DNA from: Planctomycetaceae bacterium
Lineage (GTDB): Bacteria > Planctomycetota > Planctomycetia > Planctomycetales > Planctomycetaceae
DNA length: 64,000 nucleotides
Assembly: GCA_041398825.1 (NCBI GenBank)
Contig: JAWKTX010000014.1
Span: 77,110-141,109 of the forward strand
Direction: 5' to 3'
A program made the position numbers and the translations under genes. The number at the start of each line of letters is the position of its first letter. Position 1 is the stretch's first letter. Below, one piece after another: positions 1-9,655 of the stretch. Under the pieces are notes generated by a model. It saw nothing but the letters and a program-made list of their open reading frames with translations. It had not been told where the DNA came from and searched no databases.

Positions 1-968
1 TGCCCTTTGGCGACCAGCGAATAGTCGGCCGCGCCGAGCAGCTGCCGGTATTCCGGCCGGCCATACTTGTGCTGATTGATCACTTCCTGAGGCTGTTCAA
101 TCCGCAAACCCAGCTGAAACGCCTTGGGCTGCAGTGGTAACCCGGCAGCCAGCAGCATCTCGTACGTATCCCGCGCGCTGTGGCCAATGGCCAGAATACA
201 GTGCGATGTCGCCATGAAACCGGACGAGGTCTCAAGCCCGACCAGCTGGTTTCCTTCGAGGCGAATTCCTTCAAGTCGGCATCCGAAACGGTATTCGCCA
301 CCCATCGCCTCAATTCTGCGACGGAAGTTACGGCAAATCATCGGAAGTTTATTGCTTCCGAGGTGCGGCCGGTTTTCATAGACCAGAGACGGCCTGCCTC
401 CGCACTCAACGAATCGTTCCAGAACCCAGTCGACGTCTGGCCCGGTGATTCGGCACGTCAACTTTCCATCGCTGAAGCACCCCGCTCCTCCTTCGCCGAA
501 CAGGTAGTTGTTTTCATTGTCGTGGGCACCACCACGATCGAAGGCTCGAATCGCAGGCACTCGTTCGCGAACAGCCTGACCTCGCTCCAGCACAATCGGC
601 CGAAATCCTCGCAGCGCCAGAAAGTAGCCCGCCAATAGTCCCGCCGGGCCGGACCCCACGACCACAGGCCGGTGGCGCATTGGGTCATTTCCAGGTAAGA
701 CATCTTCGAAGGATGGAGCCTCATAACGTTCTATCCGGACCGGACCGGAATCGCGAAGGGGCACGTTTCTGCCGGCTCCGGGAAGATCGACGACCAGGGT
801 ATAGACAAACTCCAGCCGCTCCCGCTGTCGGGCATCCAGGCTCTTCCTCAGAATTCGTATTCTCTTCAGGTCATCTGGGGAGACCCCGATTGCCCGAGCG
901 ACCAATTTCTGCAGATCTGCCTCGGGCTGCTCAACGCGGCATCGGATATTGGTCAGTCGGATTTGCAT
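1..968 (-). CDS. FAD-dependent dehydrogenase, COG2509-like (3' end outside window)
   Basis: Hand translation of the minus strand from the ATG at 968 stays open to the window edge, so it is absent from the ORF track. It reads MQIRLTNIRCRVEQPEADLQKLVARAIGV...MRHRPVVVGSGPAGLLAGYFLALRGFRPIVLERG...YLFGEGGAGCFSDGKL. A GxGxxG dinucleotide-binding fold follows an ~95-aa N-terminal domain, which is the layout of this family. The listed + strand ORF 180..638 is antisense to it. Confidence 0.7.
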   Translation of the reverse strand, partial: MQIRLTNIRCRVEQPEADLQKLVARAIGVSPDDLKRIRILRKSLDARQRERLEFVYTLVVDLPGAGRNVPLRDSGPVRIERYEAPSFEDVLPGNDPMRHRPVVVGSGPAGLLAGYFLALRGFRPIVLERGQAVRERVPAIRAFDRGGAHDNENNYLFGEGGAGCFSDGKLTCRITGPDVDWVLERFVECGGRPSLVYENRPHLGSNKLPMICRNFRRRIEAMGGEYRFGCRLEGIRLEGNQLVGLETSSGFMATSHCILAIGHSARDTYEMLLAAGLPLQPKAFQLGLRIEQPQEVINQHKYGRPEYRQLLGAADYSLVAKG

Positions 969-1341
969 GGCGAATGGAGCTGAAAGGACTTCCGGGACGA
1001 AATTTGCGCCGCCGGGCAACGGAGATTGGAACAGGAATTTGAGCAGGATACTTTGTGAAGGGGTGATTTTGCCCCGGGCATTCGATATTCCTGCAGATGA
1101 ATCGCACCTGGGCGATCACGATTTCCGATTTTGGAGGCCATTGAGTTAACGTTCGGCGTTCCTGAAAATGGGGGAACCGATCGTGCGGCACTTTTTGCAG
1201 TCTGTGAAGTTGTTTCCCGACGAATTGTGAGACGAAACAGTTGACGTTGTCCGGGAATCTCGCATAATCCGCGAACGTTTGGTTCGAATGAGCCGACAAT
1301 AAAGTGACAATTCGACGCGGTCCGTTCGCGGACTCATTCCT

Positions 1342-1414
1342 GCGGGTGTAGCTCAGTTGGTAGAGCATCACGTTGCCAACGTGAATGTCGACGGTTCGAG
1401 TCCGTTCACCCGCT
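1342..1414 (+). tRNA. tRNA-Gly (anticodon GCC)
   Basis: Cloverleaf read by eye. The acceptor gcgggtg pairs with cacccgc. The D arm is gctc-agttggta-gagc. The anticodon stem tcacg/cgtga carries the loop ttGCCaa. The T arm is gacgg-ttcgagt-ccgtc. Total length is 73 nt, followed by a T-run. Confidence 0.9.
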
Positions 1415-1632
1415 TTTTTTATGGCCTCAAGTTCCTATGGCCAATCTGCGGTCGTATGCTGGCAAGGCTCGGGGAAACATCCGAGCCTGCTTTTTTGGTA
1501 GTCGGCGGGTTTAGGCAGCAAGCCTTGAGCAAGCCGCTCGGCATTTTGCGATTGAGATTGGAAGGGGACAAGGGCGTACCTGATTCTAAGCACGAGTGCC
1601 GCTTGGAATCTTCTAGTGGCTGGTTGTTGTGA

Positions 1633-3096
1633 ATGAGGTTTGTAATGAGTTCAGATGCGGAAGGTGTGCTGACAGAGACTGAAGAGTCGGCCAACCGAAT
1701 GGATTTGAAGGTAGAGATTCGCAACGTCGGTCCATGTAAGAAGCATGTCTCCGTAACCGTTCAGGAAGCGGATATCAATACAATTCGAGAGGATTGTGTT
1801 GGTGAGCTTTCCGACCGTGCACAGGTTCCGGGCTTTCGAACCGGGCGCGTGCCCCGTCAGCTGCTGGTCAAGAAGTTCAAGGACGAAATCTCCGCTCAAA
1901 TCAAGCAGAAGGTTCTGCTGGCCAGCCTGGAGCAGATGTCCGAGGAACATAATCTCGACCCGATCAGTGAACCGAACATTGATGTTGAGAGCTTGGAGAT
2001 CCCGGACGCCGGAGATTTCAGCTATGAATTCGAAGTCGAAGTTCGGCCTGAATTTGACCTTCCGGATTACGCCTCATTTACAATCCGCCGCCCATCCGGT
2101 GATGTTACGGATGAAGAGCTGGCCACCTATCGCGAGCAGTTCCTCAGCTCATACGCCAAGGCAGAAGTTGTAGAGGAGCCTGTTGTTGCTGGTGATGTCA
2201 TTGTTTGTTCCATGACTTTCGAGCACGGCGGGAATCTACTGCGTGAAGTCAAGGGCACCAGTGTTGAAGTCCTGCCGTCTGTCAACTTTCAGGACGCAGC
2301 GCTGGACGGCTTTGACAAGCTGATGGAAGGTGCGAAAGCTGGCGACACTCGAAATGCCACCGTCACCATCTCATTGCAATCGCCTGTTGTGGAAATGCGC
2401 GGCGAGCAGGTGGATCTGAAAATCGAGGTTGAAGAAGTTCGTCGCCGTCAGCCTGTTGTGATCGATCGCGAGTTTCTTGAAAACCTGAGCATCGAGTCTG
2501 AAGAGGATCTGGTTGCTGAACTCAGGTCATCACTCCAGCGTCAGGTGGAGTTTCAGCAGCGACAAACGACGCGTGAACAGGTGCTTGAGAAGATTGTTGA
2601 CGCGGCTGATTGGGATCTTCCGGAAAGCCTGGTCCGCCAGCAGACCGAAAACGCTCTGCGACGTGAGCTGCTCGAAATGGCCCAGGCTGGTTTCACGCGC
2701 GAGCACATTCTTGCTCGGGAAAATGAGCTTCGCCGCAACGCACTGGACACCACACGTCAGGCACTGAAAGAGCATTTCGTTCTGGACCGCATTGCTACCC
2801 AGGAAAACATCGAATGCGAGCCCGGCGATATCGATCGCGAGCTATTGATGATGTCTTTCCAGAGCGGTGAGCCTGTTCGACGAATTCGCGCTCGGCTGGC
2901 GAAAAACGGCATGATCGAGAATCTCGAAGCACAGCTTCGTGAAAGAAAAGCGGTTGACTTCATTCTCAGCAAAGCGACATTTGAAGACGTTGAGCGTGAA
3001 CCCGTTGTTCAGAATAATGCGGCGGGTCTCCGGTTCGCGATCTGCGGCCAGATGAACCCCAGTTTGATTGATGACACCGACGAGACAGAAGAATAG
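1633..3096 (+). CDS. tig: trigger factor (ribosome-associated chaperone / PPIase)
   Basis: The 487-aa ORF carries the N-terminal ribosome-binding signature VPGFRTGRVPRQLLVKKF and has the overall tig length. It sits upstream of clpP in the conserved tig-clpP order. A shorter start at M23 (nt 1699, MDLKVEIRNVG) is possible. Confidence 0.9.
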   Translation: MRFVMSSDAEGVLTETEESANRMDLKVEIRNVGPCKKHVSVTVQEADINTIREDCVGELSDRAQVPGFRTGRVPRQLLVKKFKDEISAQIKQKVLLASLEQMSEEHNLDPISEPNIDVESLEIPDAGDFSYEFEVEVRPEFDLPDYASFTIRRPSGDVTDEELATYREQFLSSYAKAEVVEEPVVAGDVIVCSMTFEHGGNLLREVKGTSVEVLPSVNFQDAALDGFDKLMEGAKAGDTRNATVTISLQSPVVEMRGEQVDLKIEVEEVRRRQPVVIDREFLENLSIESEEDLVAELRSSLQRQVEFQQRQTTREQVLEKIVDAADWDLPESLVRQQTENALRRELLEMAQAGFTREHILARENELRRNALDTTRQALKEHFVLDRIATQENIECEPGDIDRELLMMSFQSGEPVRRIRARLAKNGMIENLEAQLRERKAVDFILSKATFEDVEREPVVQNNAAGLRFAICGQMNPSLIDDTDETEE

Positions 3097-3119
3097 CTGG
3101 CTCGCAAGATGGATGAATG

Positions 3120-3170
3120 AGAACAGGCCGTGCCGGACATCCGTTTCGACACCGCCTGTTCTTTGTGTTT
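3120..3170 (+). terminator. possible terminator/attenuator hairpin between tig and clpP
   Basis: A 9-bp stem (agaacaggc at 3120-3128 pairing with gcctgttct at 3154-3162) encloses a 25-nt loop and is followed by the T-rich ttgtgtttct. The large loop makes it a weak candidate. Confidence 0.35.
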
Positions 3171-3216
3171 CTGATGGAATAGAACTTTGCCCTGCAAGAC
3201 CTAAGAGGAAAAGCGA

Positions 3217-3828
3217 ATGAAGGATCCTCGCACTGATTATATGCCTCTGGCAGCACGTGAGTATTCAGCTCAGCGACAGATGACTGTCGGTGATTTGTTG
3301 CTGGACAACCGGATTATCTTCCTGGATGGTCCAATTCACGACGGCAGCGCGAATCTGATCGTCATGAAGATGCTCTATCTTCAGTCAGAGAATCGCCACC
3401 AGGACATCCATCTGTACATCAACTCACCGGGTGGATCCGTTACGGCGACGCTGGCCATCTACGACATCATGCAGTTCATTGAATGCGATGTCGCGACCTA
3501 CTGCGTTGGCCTCGCCGCAAGCGGTGGTGCGATCCTTGTCGCAGGCGGAACCGCGGGCAAACGATTCGCGCTCAAGCACGCCAAGATGATGATTCACCAG
3601 CCGTATGGTCAAGTCGGTGGACAGGTCTCTGATATTGAAATTCAGGCCAAGGATATTATCGCAACGCGTGAATTGCTCAATGAAATGCTGGCCAGTCACA
3701 CAGGCCAGCCGGTTGAGCGAATTGCAAAGGACACACAACGTGACCATTACCTGACTTCTCTGGAGGCTAAGAACTATGGCCTCGTCGATGAAGTCCTGGA
3801 GCGCCCGGCTAAAGAAAAGAAGAAGTAG
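3217..3828 (+). CDS. clpP: ATP-dependent Clp protease proteolytic subunit, paralog 1
   Basis: The 203-aa ORF contains [10 protein letters not shown]. The Ser-His-Asp triad context is intact: GLAASGG, MMIHQP and DTQRDHYL. Confidence 0.92.
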   Translation: MKDPRTDYMPLAAREYSAQRQMTVGDLLLDNRIIFLDGPIHDGSANLIVMKMLYLQSENRHQDIHLYINSPGGSVTATLAIYDIMQFIECDVATYCVGLAASGGAILVAGGTAGKRFALKHAKMMIHQPYGQVGGQVSDIEIQAKDIIATRELLNEMLASHTGQPVERIAKDTQRDHYLTSLEAKNYGLVDEVLERPAKEKKK

Positions 3829-3911
3829 TTTGTCTGGATCGATGCCTGTGGCTCAGATCCGAAACGAATGGATGCCCGACTTCGCTCTCTTTCTTCTTAT
3901 GGAATCAAACG

Positions 3912-4499
3912 ATGACAGTTCTTGTCCCTTATGTTGTTGAAAAAAATGGCCGCGATGAACGGGCCATGGATATCTACAGCCGGCTGCTGAAGGATCGCAT
4001 CGTTATCCTTGGTAGTGGTGTCAATGACGATGTGGCTAACAGCATAGTGGCCCAATTGCTGTTCCTGCAGTTCGATGACCCGAAAGCTGATATCCATTTC
4101 TACATCAATTCACCGGGTGGCTCGATTACCGCTGGTATGGCGATCTACGATACCATGCAGTACATCAGTTGCGATGTTGCCACATACTGCATTGGTCAGG
4201 CCGCATCGATGGGTGCTGTGCTGCTAACCGCGGGGGCGCCAGGCAAACGTCATTCGCTTCCCAACGCCCGGATCATGATTCATCAACCGCTCGCGGGCAT
4301 GGAAGGCACGGCCACAGAGCTGGAGATCCATGCGAAAGAAGTGCTGCGAATTAAGAGAAAGATGAACGAAATCCTTCTGAAGCACACCGGGCAGACTCTG
4401 GAGAAAATTGAAGAAGACACGGATCGGGATAACTTCATGTCAGCAGACGAAGCTCGTTCATACAATTTGATCGATAAGGTTCTGGATCGCCTCGAATAG
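3912..4499 (+). CDS. clpP: ATP-dependent Clp protease proteolytic subunit, paralog 2
   Basis: The 195-aa ORF is canonical ClpP, with [37 protein letters not shown] and DTDRDNFM. Confidence 0.95.
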   Translation: MTVLVPYVVEKNGRDERAMDIYSRLLKDRIVILGSGVNDDVANSIVAQLLFLQFDDPKADIHFYINSPGGSITAGMAIYDTMQYISCDVATYCIGQAASMGAVLLTAGAPGKRHSLPNARIMIHQPLAGMEGTATELEIHAKEVLRIKRKMNEILLKHTGQTLEKIEEDTDRDNFMSADEARSYNLIDKVLDRLE

Positions 4500-4526
4500 A
4501 CAAACACTTTGCTGCTGCAAAACAAG

Positions 4527-4558
4527 AAGGCCACCGGGGTAACCCGTTGGCCTTTTTC
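4527..4558 (+). terminator. Rho-independent terminator after clpP2
   Basis: An outer 7-bp stem (aaggcca at 4527-4533 pairing with tggcctt at 4548-4554) encloses an inner cggg/cccg stem with a gtaa tetraloop. A T-run follows. It lies 28 nt after the clpP2 stop. Confidence 0.7.
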
Positions 4559-4783
4559 TCGTAGATGCTCCAGCGTCTGATCCCGGTTTGAAAATTCGAT
4601 ACGATCTCTACGGTTGATGCAGGAAAAGGACGATACCACAAAGTGTGGGGAGTCGGCACTTTGCGTTGATCGTAAGTGCTTATGCAGCAGAGGGTTATCG
4701 GCAATTCCTGCTGAATCTGTCCACCTTGACACGGTGAGGCCGAAAACATAACGTTCTGGACCGGCCGCCGCTTCGGCGCCAAT

Positions 4784-6031
4784 TTGAAGCGAATGGAGTC
4801 GCTAATGTCCACACCTCAAACTTCCTCCACTGGCCCCGGGTCAGCGGCGGAATCCAGCCCGGCTGTTCCTTTCATCGATCTTGTCGCACAGTATCAGACG
4901 ATTCGTACGGAAGTGCGAGATGCGGTTGATCACTGCTTCGAAAACCAGTCCTTCATCCTTGGTGATGAAGTTGCTCTGCTCGAGAAGGAGATCGCGGAAT
5001 ACTGCGACTCTCGGTTTGCTATCGGCTGTGCCTCCGGAACAGACGCATTGATCCTCGCGTTGATGGCGCTGGGAGTCGGTCGCGGCGACGAAGTAATCAC
5101 AAGTCCATTCACGTTCTTCGCCTCCGCCAGTTCCATTCATCGCGTTGGGGCCAGACCAGTCCTGGTCGATATTGACCCTGTCACGTTCAATATTTCCCCC
5201 GAGGCGGTGGAACGGGCGATTACGCCCAGAACCAAAGCCATTATGCCGGTCCACATCTTCGGGCAATGTGCTGAGATGGAACCGCTCTGGCGTCTGTCCA
5301 CGCAGTATCAGATTCCAATTGTGGAAGATGCGGCTCAGGCAATTGGTGCTGAGTACCAGGGACGCCGTGCGGGTGTTCTTGGCACGATCGGATGTTTCAG
5401 CTTTTTCCCCACAAAGAATCTCGGCGGTGCCGGCGATGGCGGAATCATGACGACTGATGATCCCGAAATCGCAGCCCGGCTTCGGCGGCTTCGGGTTCAC
5501 GGGGACAAGGGCGGGTATCACCATGTCGAAGTCGGATACAACAGTCGTCTGGACGCAATTCAGGCCGCAGTGCTGCGGGTCAAGCTGAGATATCTGGATT
5601 CGTGGACAGCTGCTCGTAATCAAAATGCTGCCCGTTATGCGGAACTCCTGTCGAATGCTGCAGAGTTACCGGATCTGATTCTGCCGACCGTTCAGCCGGA
5701 TCGACGACACGTTTTCAACCAATACACCACGCGAATCTCAGGCGGCCAGCGTGACCGAGTGATGCAGCATCTGCGATCCCAGCAGATTGGATGTGCCGTC
5801 TATTATCCGGTGCCACTGCATCTGCAGGAGTGTTTCCAGTACCTGGGATACCGCCCGGGAGACTTGCCCGTCGCCGAAAAAGCTGCCGCGGAAGTGCTCT
5901 CATTGCCCATTTACTCTGAACTTCCGGCGGAGCATCTGGAGCGAGTGGTGGGCGGCATCTACGAAGCCATGGCCGTCCGGGGAACCCTTCCGTTTCCACA
6001 AGTGGAAGAGGCGCGCCGCCACGCAGCGTAG
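4784..6031 (+). CDS. DegT/DnrJ/EryC1/StrS-family PLP-dependent sugar aminotransferase
   Basis: The 415-aa ORF contains VPFIDLVAQYQ...ILGDEVALLEKEIAEY...ASGTDAL...ITSPFTFFASA...FSFFPTKNLGGAGDGG (the PLP-Lys region). The track start is TTG; ATG alternatives lie at 4793 and 4805. Confidence 0.88.
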   Translation: MKRMESLMSTPQTSSTGPGSAAESSPAVPFIDLVAQYQTIRTEVRDAVDHCFENQSFILGDEVALLEKEIAEYCDSRFAIGCASGTDALILALMALGVGRGDEVITSPFTFFASASSIHRVGARPVLVDIDPVTFNISPEAVERAITPRTKAIMPVHIFGQCAEMEPLWRLSTQYQIPIVEDAAQAIGAEYQGRRAGVLGTIGCFSFFPTKNLGGAGDGGIMTTDDPEIAARLRRLRVHGDKGGYHHVEVGYNSRLDAIQAAVLRVKLRYLDSWTAARNQNAARYAELLSNAAELPDLILPTVQPDRRHVFNQYTTRISGGQRDRVMQHLRSQQIGCAVYYPVPLHLQECFQYLGYRPGDLPVAEKAAAEVLSLPIYSELPAEHLERVVGGIYEAMAVRGTLPFPQVEEARRHAA

Positions 6032-6142
6032 TTTTTCGGAAGGAAGACCAGTAATAACTATCCGTCGAAGCTGTGTCAGCGACGTTGACACAGCCCCTGC
6101 AACGCCTTAGCATTCGCCACGTCGAAGCTTCGGCTTTGCCCG

Positions 6143-6227
6143 GGAGAGGTGGCAGAGTGGCCGATTGCACCGGTCTTGAAAACCGGCGTCCCGCAAGGGA
6201 CCGTGAGTTCGAATCTCACCCTCTCCG
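6143..6227 (+). tRNA. tRNA-Ser (anticodon UGA)
   Basis: The acceptor ggagagg pairs with cctctcc. The anticodon stem ccggt/accgg carries the loop ctTGAaa. A long variable arm (cgtcccgcaagggaccg) is typical of class II tRNAs. The T arm is gtgag-ttcgaat-ctcac. Total length is 85 nt. Confidence 0.9.
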
Positions 6228-6558
6228 TTTTTGCTCAAATGCACTCAGACAGCCGCAATCCTTATCGAACACAGCGTGTTTAAGCACCGTGTTGATTGGG
6301 GTTGCGGCTGTTGGTGCTTCTACCCCCGAATGATCTGCCAGATCCGGTCGCTCAGTCGCTGGACCGAATGCCGGACGCGGCATGCGGGGGCGTCTTGCGT
6401 CGTCACTGGCGAATCCGGTTATCGTCCAGCAAGCTTTTCACCAACACACTGGGTATCTCTTGCCGTGATTCCATCGCGATGGCGAGGTTTTTTTGCTGCC
6501 ACGGGTTGGTCACTCTCTGACTGATCCTGAATAACCATCTGGACTTCGCAGCTCGGAA

Positions 6559-9153
6559 TCAACCACCTGAATCGATGGCGGCAAAGCTTGTCGACGTTTT
6601 ATGGTCAGCGGCTGAATGCTTCAGTTTCCCGGAATGGAGCAGCCCAATGAGCAGCGACACAATTTTCTGATCTTTTGTGCGTTCATCGGTCGCGGGTCCT
6701 GCTTCAGGGGTACTTTCCGGATTTGCTCCATGCAGTTCGGGTGAAAGGTGTTCCCAGGGAGTAATTTGCCAGCGAGTCTTCCTGAGTTTGCTGTTTGTCT
6801 TGTCGTATCGCCAGCCGCTGATGAGGCGTTCGGCAGTCCAGCGATTGTGCTCCATGATGCGGATCTTTTCACTCGTACTTTCATCGAGCGGCGATAGTGA
6901 ACTGCCTTCGGCGATGTCCTCAGCAACTCCCTCAATTCGATAACCAAGTGCGGCCGCCTTTAACACGGAGTGGATGGCAGCCGATCGGTTGGACGCACGG
7001 TCTTCTTCGGTGATGGTGTTCCAGATGTCGCGAGCAGTCTTCTCGAGGGATTGCCAATCCAGGTGAGAAAATGCCGGTCCCGGATTTGTAGCGCTGCAGG
7101 CTGACTGCAGACTCGCAATGTGAGAGTCAAATCGGCTGTCTGAGCTCTGCATCCAAACCAAATGAATCAGTCTGGCCAGCCAATCGGTCCAGCCCTGTGT
7201 GACTTCCAGGTACGAAACACTGCCGTAGCACTGGCCAAAAGGAAACAGTTCGCATCCTTTACGCGACAGAGTCTGTTCTTTGCTGGTGCGTTGCTCCGTC
7301 AATAACTGAGACAGTTCGCGCTGTCTGGGAATCCAGACGAAAATCGGACAACGTTTTTCTATGGTTCGGAGTTTCGCATTCAGTCGCTCGGCCGTCGCAA
7401 AGTTACGACGATCATCCTCGAAGCAAACCAGAATGACTGGTTTCACTCCTCTTCGTTCAATTGCGGGGACCATCTCACCAAGGAAATTCTCGTCAGTGGC
7501 TTCCGTGTATTTCGCGTAATGGATGTTGCACACATATTCTATTCCCAGCGGAGCATCCTGGTCCGATAGTCGGACGCGTTCCAGGGGTCGATAGATGCGG
7601 GAGGACCAGTGATCTGCATCTTCATTGAAATTCCACTCGCGGATCGCATTCAGGTCGGGACCAAATCGAGGATTCTTTGCGGCGAATTCCTTCGCCTTCT
7701 TTTCGATATCGTCATCAACAACGGTCAGTCTCAGACGCTTGCCGTTCTCAAAATGAGCCAGTTCGCCCAGGTGCAGAGCCAGTGTCTGTCCGAATCGGCC
7801 AAAGCCGAGCATCACAAAATGAGCGACTTCATGCGATTCATTCGGGCGCATTTCATCGCCGAATAATGTTGCGTTCGCGATGTCTGCTAACAGTCGGCGG
7901 GAAGTTCGTTCCAGAGCATTAAAGACCTCGATGTCCATCAGTCGATTCGTGCCGAGTTCGATCGCGTCTGCGCGATTGCGCAATGCAATGGCAAGGTCGC
8001 GATCCATGATGTGAGCGAAGCATCTCAACGGCGCCAGCGTCGATCCATACCAGGTCGTTCTTCTGCCGAATGCGTTCAGGATATCACGAATTTCAACCGT
8101 ACTCTCGATATTGCATTCGTCCCTGCCTGTGACGAGAAATACCTCGGCGGCTCTGGCAACGGCCGATTCGACAAGGTTTTCTCTTTTTGTCGCATCACCG
8201 ACAATGCAAAGGATTCCGTGGTCGCGAGCCCACTTCAGGTTGGGGTTACCCTCGTCCGGTTCGATGACAACAATCAAACGGCGATCTTTCATGTCGATCA
8301 GATCGGCGACCAGTTGACGTCCAATTCGACCGAGCCCGCAGACGATAATATGCCCGGAAACGTTGAGAAGCTGCAACTTCTCCCAGGAGTCATGGAACAA
8401 TACCAGAATACCGCGAGACGCTACGGTGAGCGCCAGCATCATGGCAAATCCAGCTGCCCATTGCAGGCTTTGGTTCGTCAGTCGGCTCGGCTCGACGTTA
8501 AACGCAAAAATCTGAAACGTGTCATAGAGTCCTGCGACGATAGACTCCGCCTTGTACTGATTGTCGGCTGCGAATCCAAAACTGCCAAACGCCAGGACCA
8601 GCAGCCCCAGTGCAATCACGGCAAAGCCACTCCAGCGAATGCACCATGAACTCAGCATTCGATAATGGTAAGGGAACCGTCGGCGCAGAATGGCGATCCC
8701 CATCAACAGCAACAGCACTCCCACAAGGCCATAAAAGTAGAGACTGCTGAAGTAGCCTGAAGCAGTCAGGGGCCGCCCGGTGTTACAGACGGTCGCCTTT
8801 GCAGATTCCGGCATTTGTGATCCCGGCGACCCTCGATCTGGAGATACTTCGGCGGGGCCATCCGTCTTTAAATCACGAGTGTCAGATTTTGCATCCGAAT
8901 GAGTGGTGTCCGGGGGCGGCTGCTTCGTAATTGGCATGCCATCTTCGACCGAACCCTCAGGTTGCTTTGTACGACTCTGCGAAGGTGGTTCGAAGCCGGA
9001 GGCGACAATAACGAACGCCACCACGAAGAGGATCAGTACGCCAATCAGGGCCGACGAGCCGTCTGGGACATTGGCAACAGTCCCGGTGGATTGACGGCCA
9101 TTCGACTGTGAAACGCCACTCTTATCGTTCTCCGGCATGTCCCTTTTCCGCAT
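6559..9153 (-). CDS. polytopic membrane protein with two TrkA-N/RCK-type NAD-binding Rossmann domains and C-terminal RyR-like repeats
   Basis: The 864-aa ORF has about 4-5 N-terminal TM helices, for example LIGVLILFVVAFVIVASGF and WSGFAVIALGLLVLAFGSFGF. The TrkA-N pattern is IIVCGLGRIGRQLVADL...IVGDATKRENLVESAV...EVFLVTGRDECNIES. A second GxGxxG fold begins at FVMLGFGRFGQTLALHL. The C-terminus (KIRIMEHNRWTAERLISGWRYD...ITPWEHLSPE) resembles the RyR domain (Pfam PF02026) consensus. No TVGYG-type K+ selectivity filter is visible. The RyR assignment is from memory of the consensus and needs an HMM check. Confidence 0.6.
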   Translation of the reverse strand: MRKRDMPENDKSGVSQSNGRQSTGTVANVPDGSSALIGVLILFVVAFVIVASGFEPPSQSRTKQPEGSVEDGMPITKQPPPDTTHSDAKSDTRDLKTDGPAEVSPDRGSPGSQMPESAKATVCNTGRPLTASGYFSSLYFYGLVGVLLLLMGIAILRRRFPYHYRMLSSWCIRWSGFAVIALGLLVLAFGSFGFAADNQYKAESIVAGLYDTFQIFAFNVEPSRLTNQSLQWAAGFAMMLALTVASRGILVLFHDSWEKLQLLNVSGHIIVCGLGRIGRQLVADLIDMKDRRLIVVIEPDEGNPNLKWARDHGILCIVGDATKRENLVESAVARAAEVFLVTGRDECNIESTVEIRDILNAFGRRTTWYGSTLAPLRCFAHIMDRDLAIALRNRADAIELGTNRLMDIEVFNALERTSRRLLADIANATLFGDEMRPNESHEVAHFVMLGFGRFGQTLALHLGELAHFENGKRLRLTVVDDDIEKKAKEFAAKNPRFGPDLNAIREWNFNEDADHWSSRIYRPLERVRLSDQDAPLGIEYVCNIHYAKYTEATDENFLGEMVPAIERRGVKPVILVCFEDDRRNFATAERLNAKLRTIEKRCPIFVWIPRQRELSQLLTEQRTSKEQTLSRKGCELFPFGQCYGSVSYLEVTQGWTDWLARLIHLVWMQSSDSRFDSHIASLQSACSATNPGPAFSHLDWQSLEKTARDIWNTITEEDRASNRSAAIHSVLKAAALGYRIEGVAEDIAEGSSLSPLDESTSEKIRIMEHNRWTAERLISGWRYDKTNSKLRKTRWQITPWEHLSPELHGANPESTPEAGPATDERTKDQKIVSLLIGLLHSGKLKHSAADHKTSTSFAAIDSGG

Positions 9154-9655
9154 GACATGGTGAAGTCATCCACCCATCGAAAGCCAATCCAAAACGCTTC
9201 CATATCAACTCGTGGGGGCCATCCGTTCCTTGCGTCACTGAACTCAAGTGAGTCTATTCCGCGCGGATGACTGCCACAAGGGACCCCAGGGAGTTCCAGT
9301 ATCCCCTCTATCAACTCCCGGACACGCAGTGCCAGCGCCACCTGACCTTGCCGTAATCGATTTTCAGGAATCTGTTTGAGATTTGAATACGGGGCTGACA
9401 ACGATGGTGGGTCCGGGAATCAGAAGGTTCAAAGTCCGGCGGAAATTTGCTGTCTGGATGGCTGTGGCAAAGAACCCGGGTCGTGGGTTTCAAACCTGAG
9501 AACAATGGATCAGTATGTGCTCTTCGTGGGGGGAGCGTTGGAGCCAGTGGAATTTGGCACACAGTGCTGGACAAAGCCTGGTTTGTTTCGTTTGATATCA
9601 CGTCATTATTTCTCTCGTGGATCCAGCAGGACGTGAAGATCAAACAGGTCCGGTC

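Noticed and set aside
180-638. 152-aa plus-strand ORF at the left edge
   Set aside because: The opposite strand encodes a continuous FAD-dependent dehydrogenase with a GSGPAG motif that runs off the window. The plus-strand ORF has no motifs.
4841-5623. 260-aa minus-strand ORF inside the DegT-family gene
   Set aside because: It is an antisense shadow of a well-supported aminotransferase frame.
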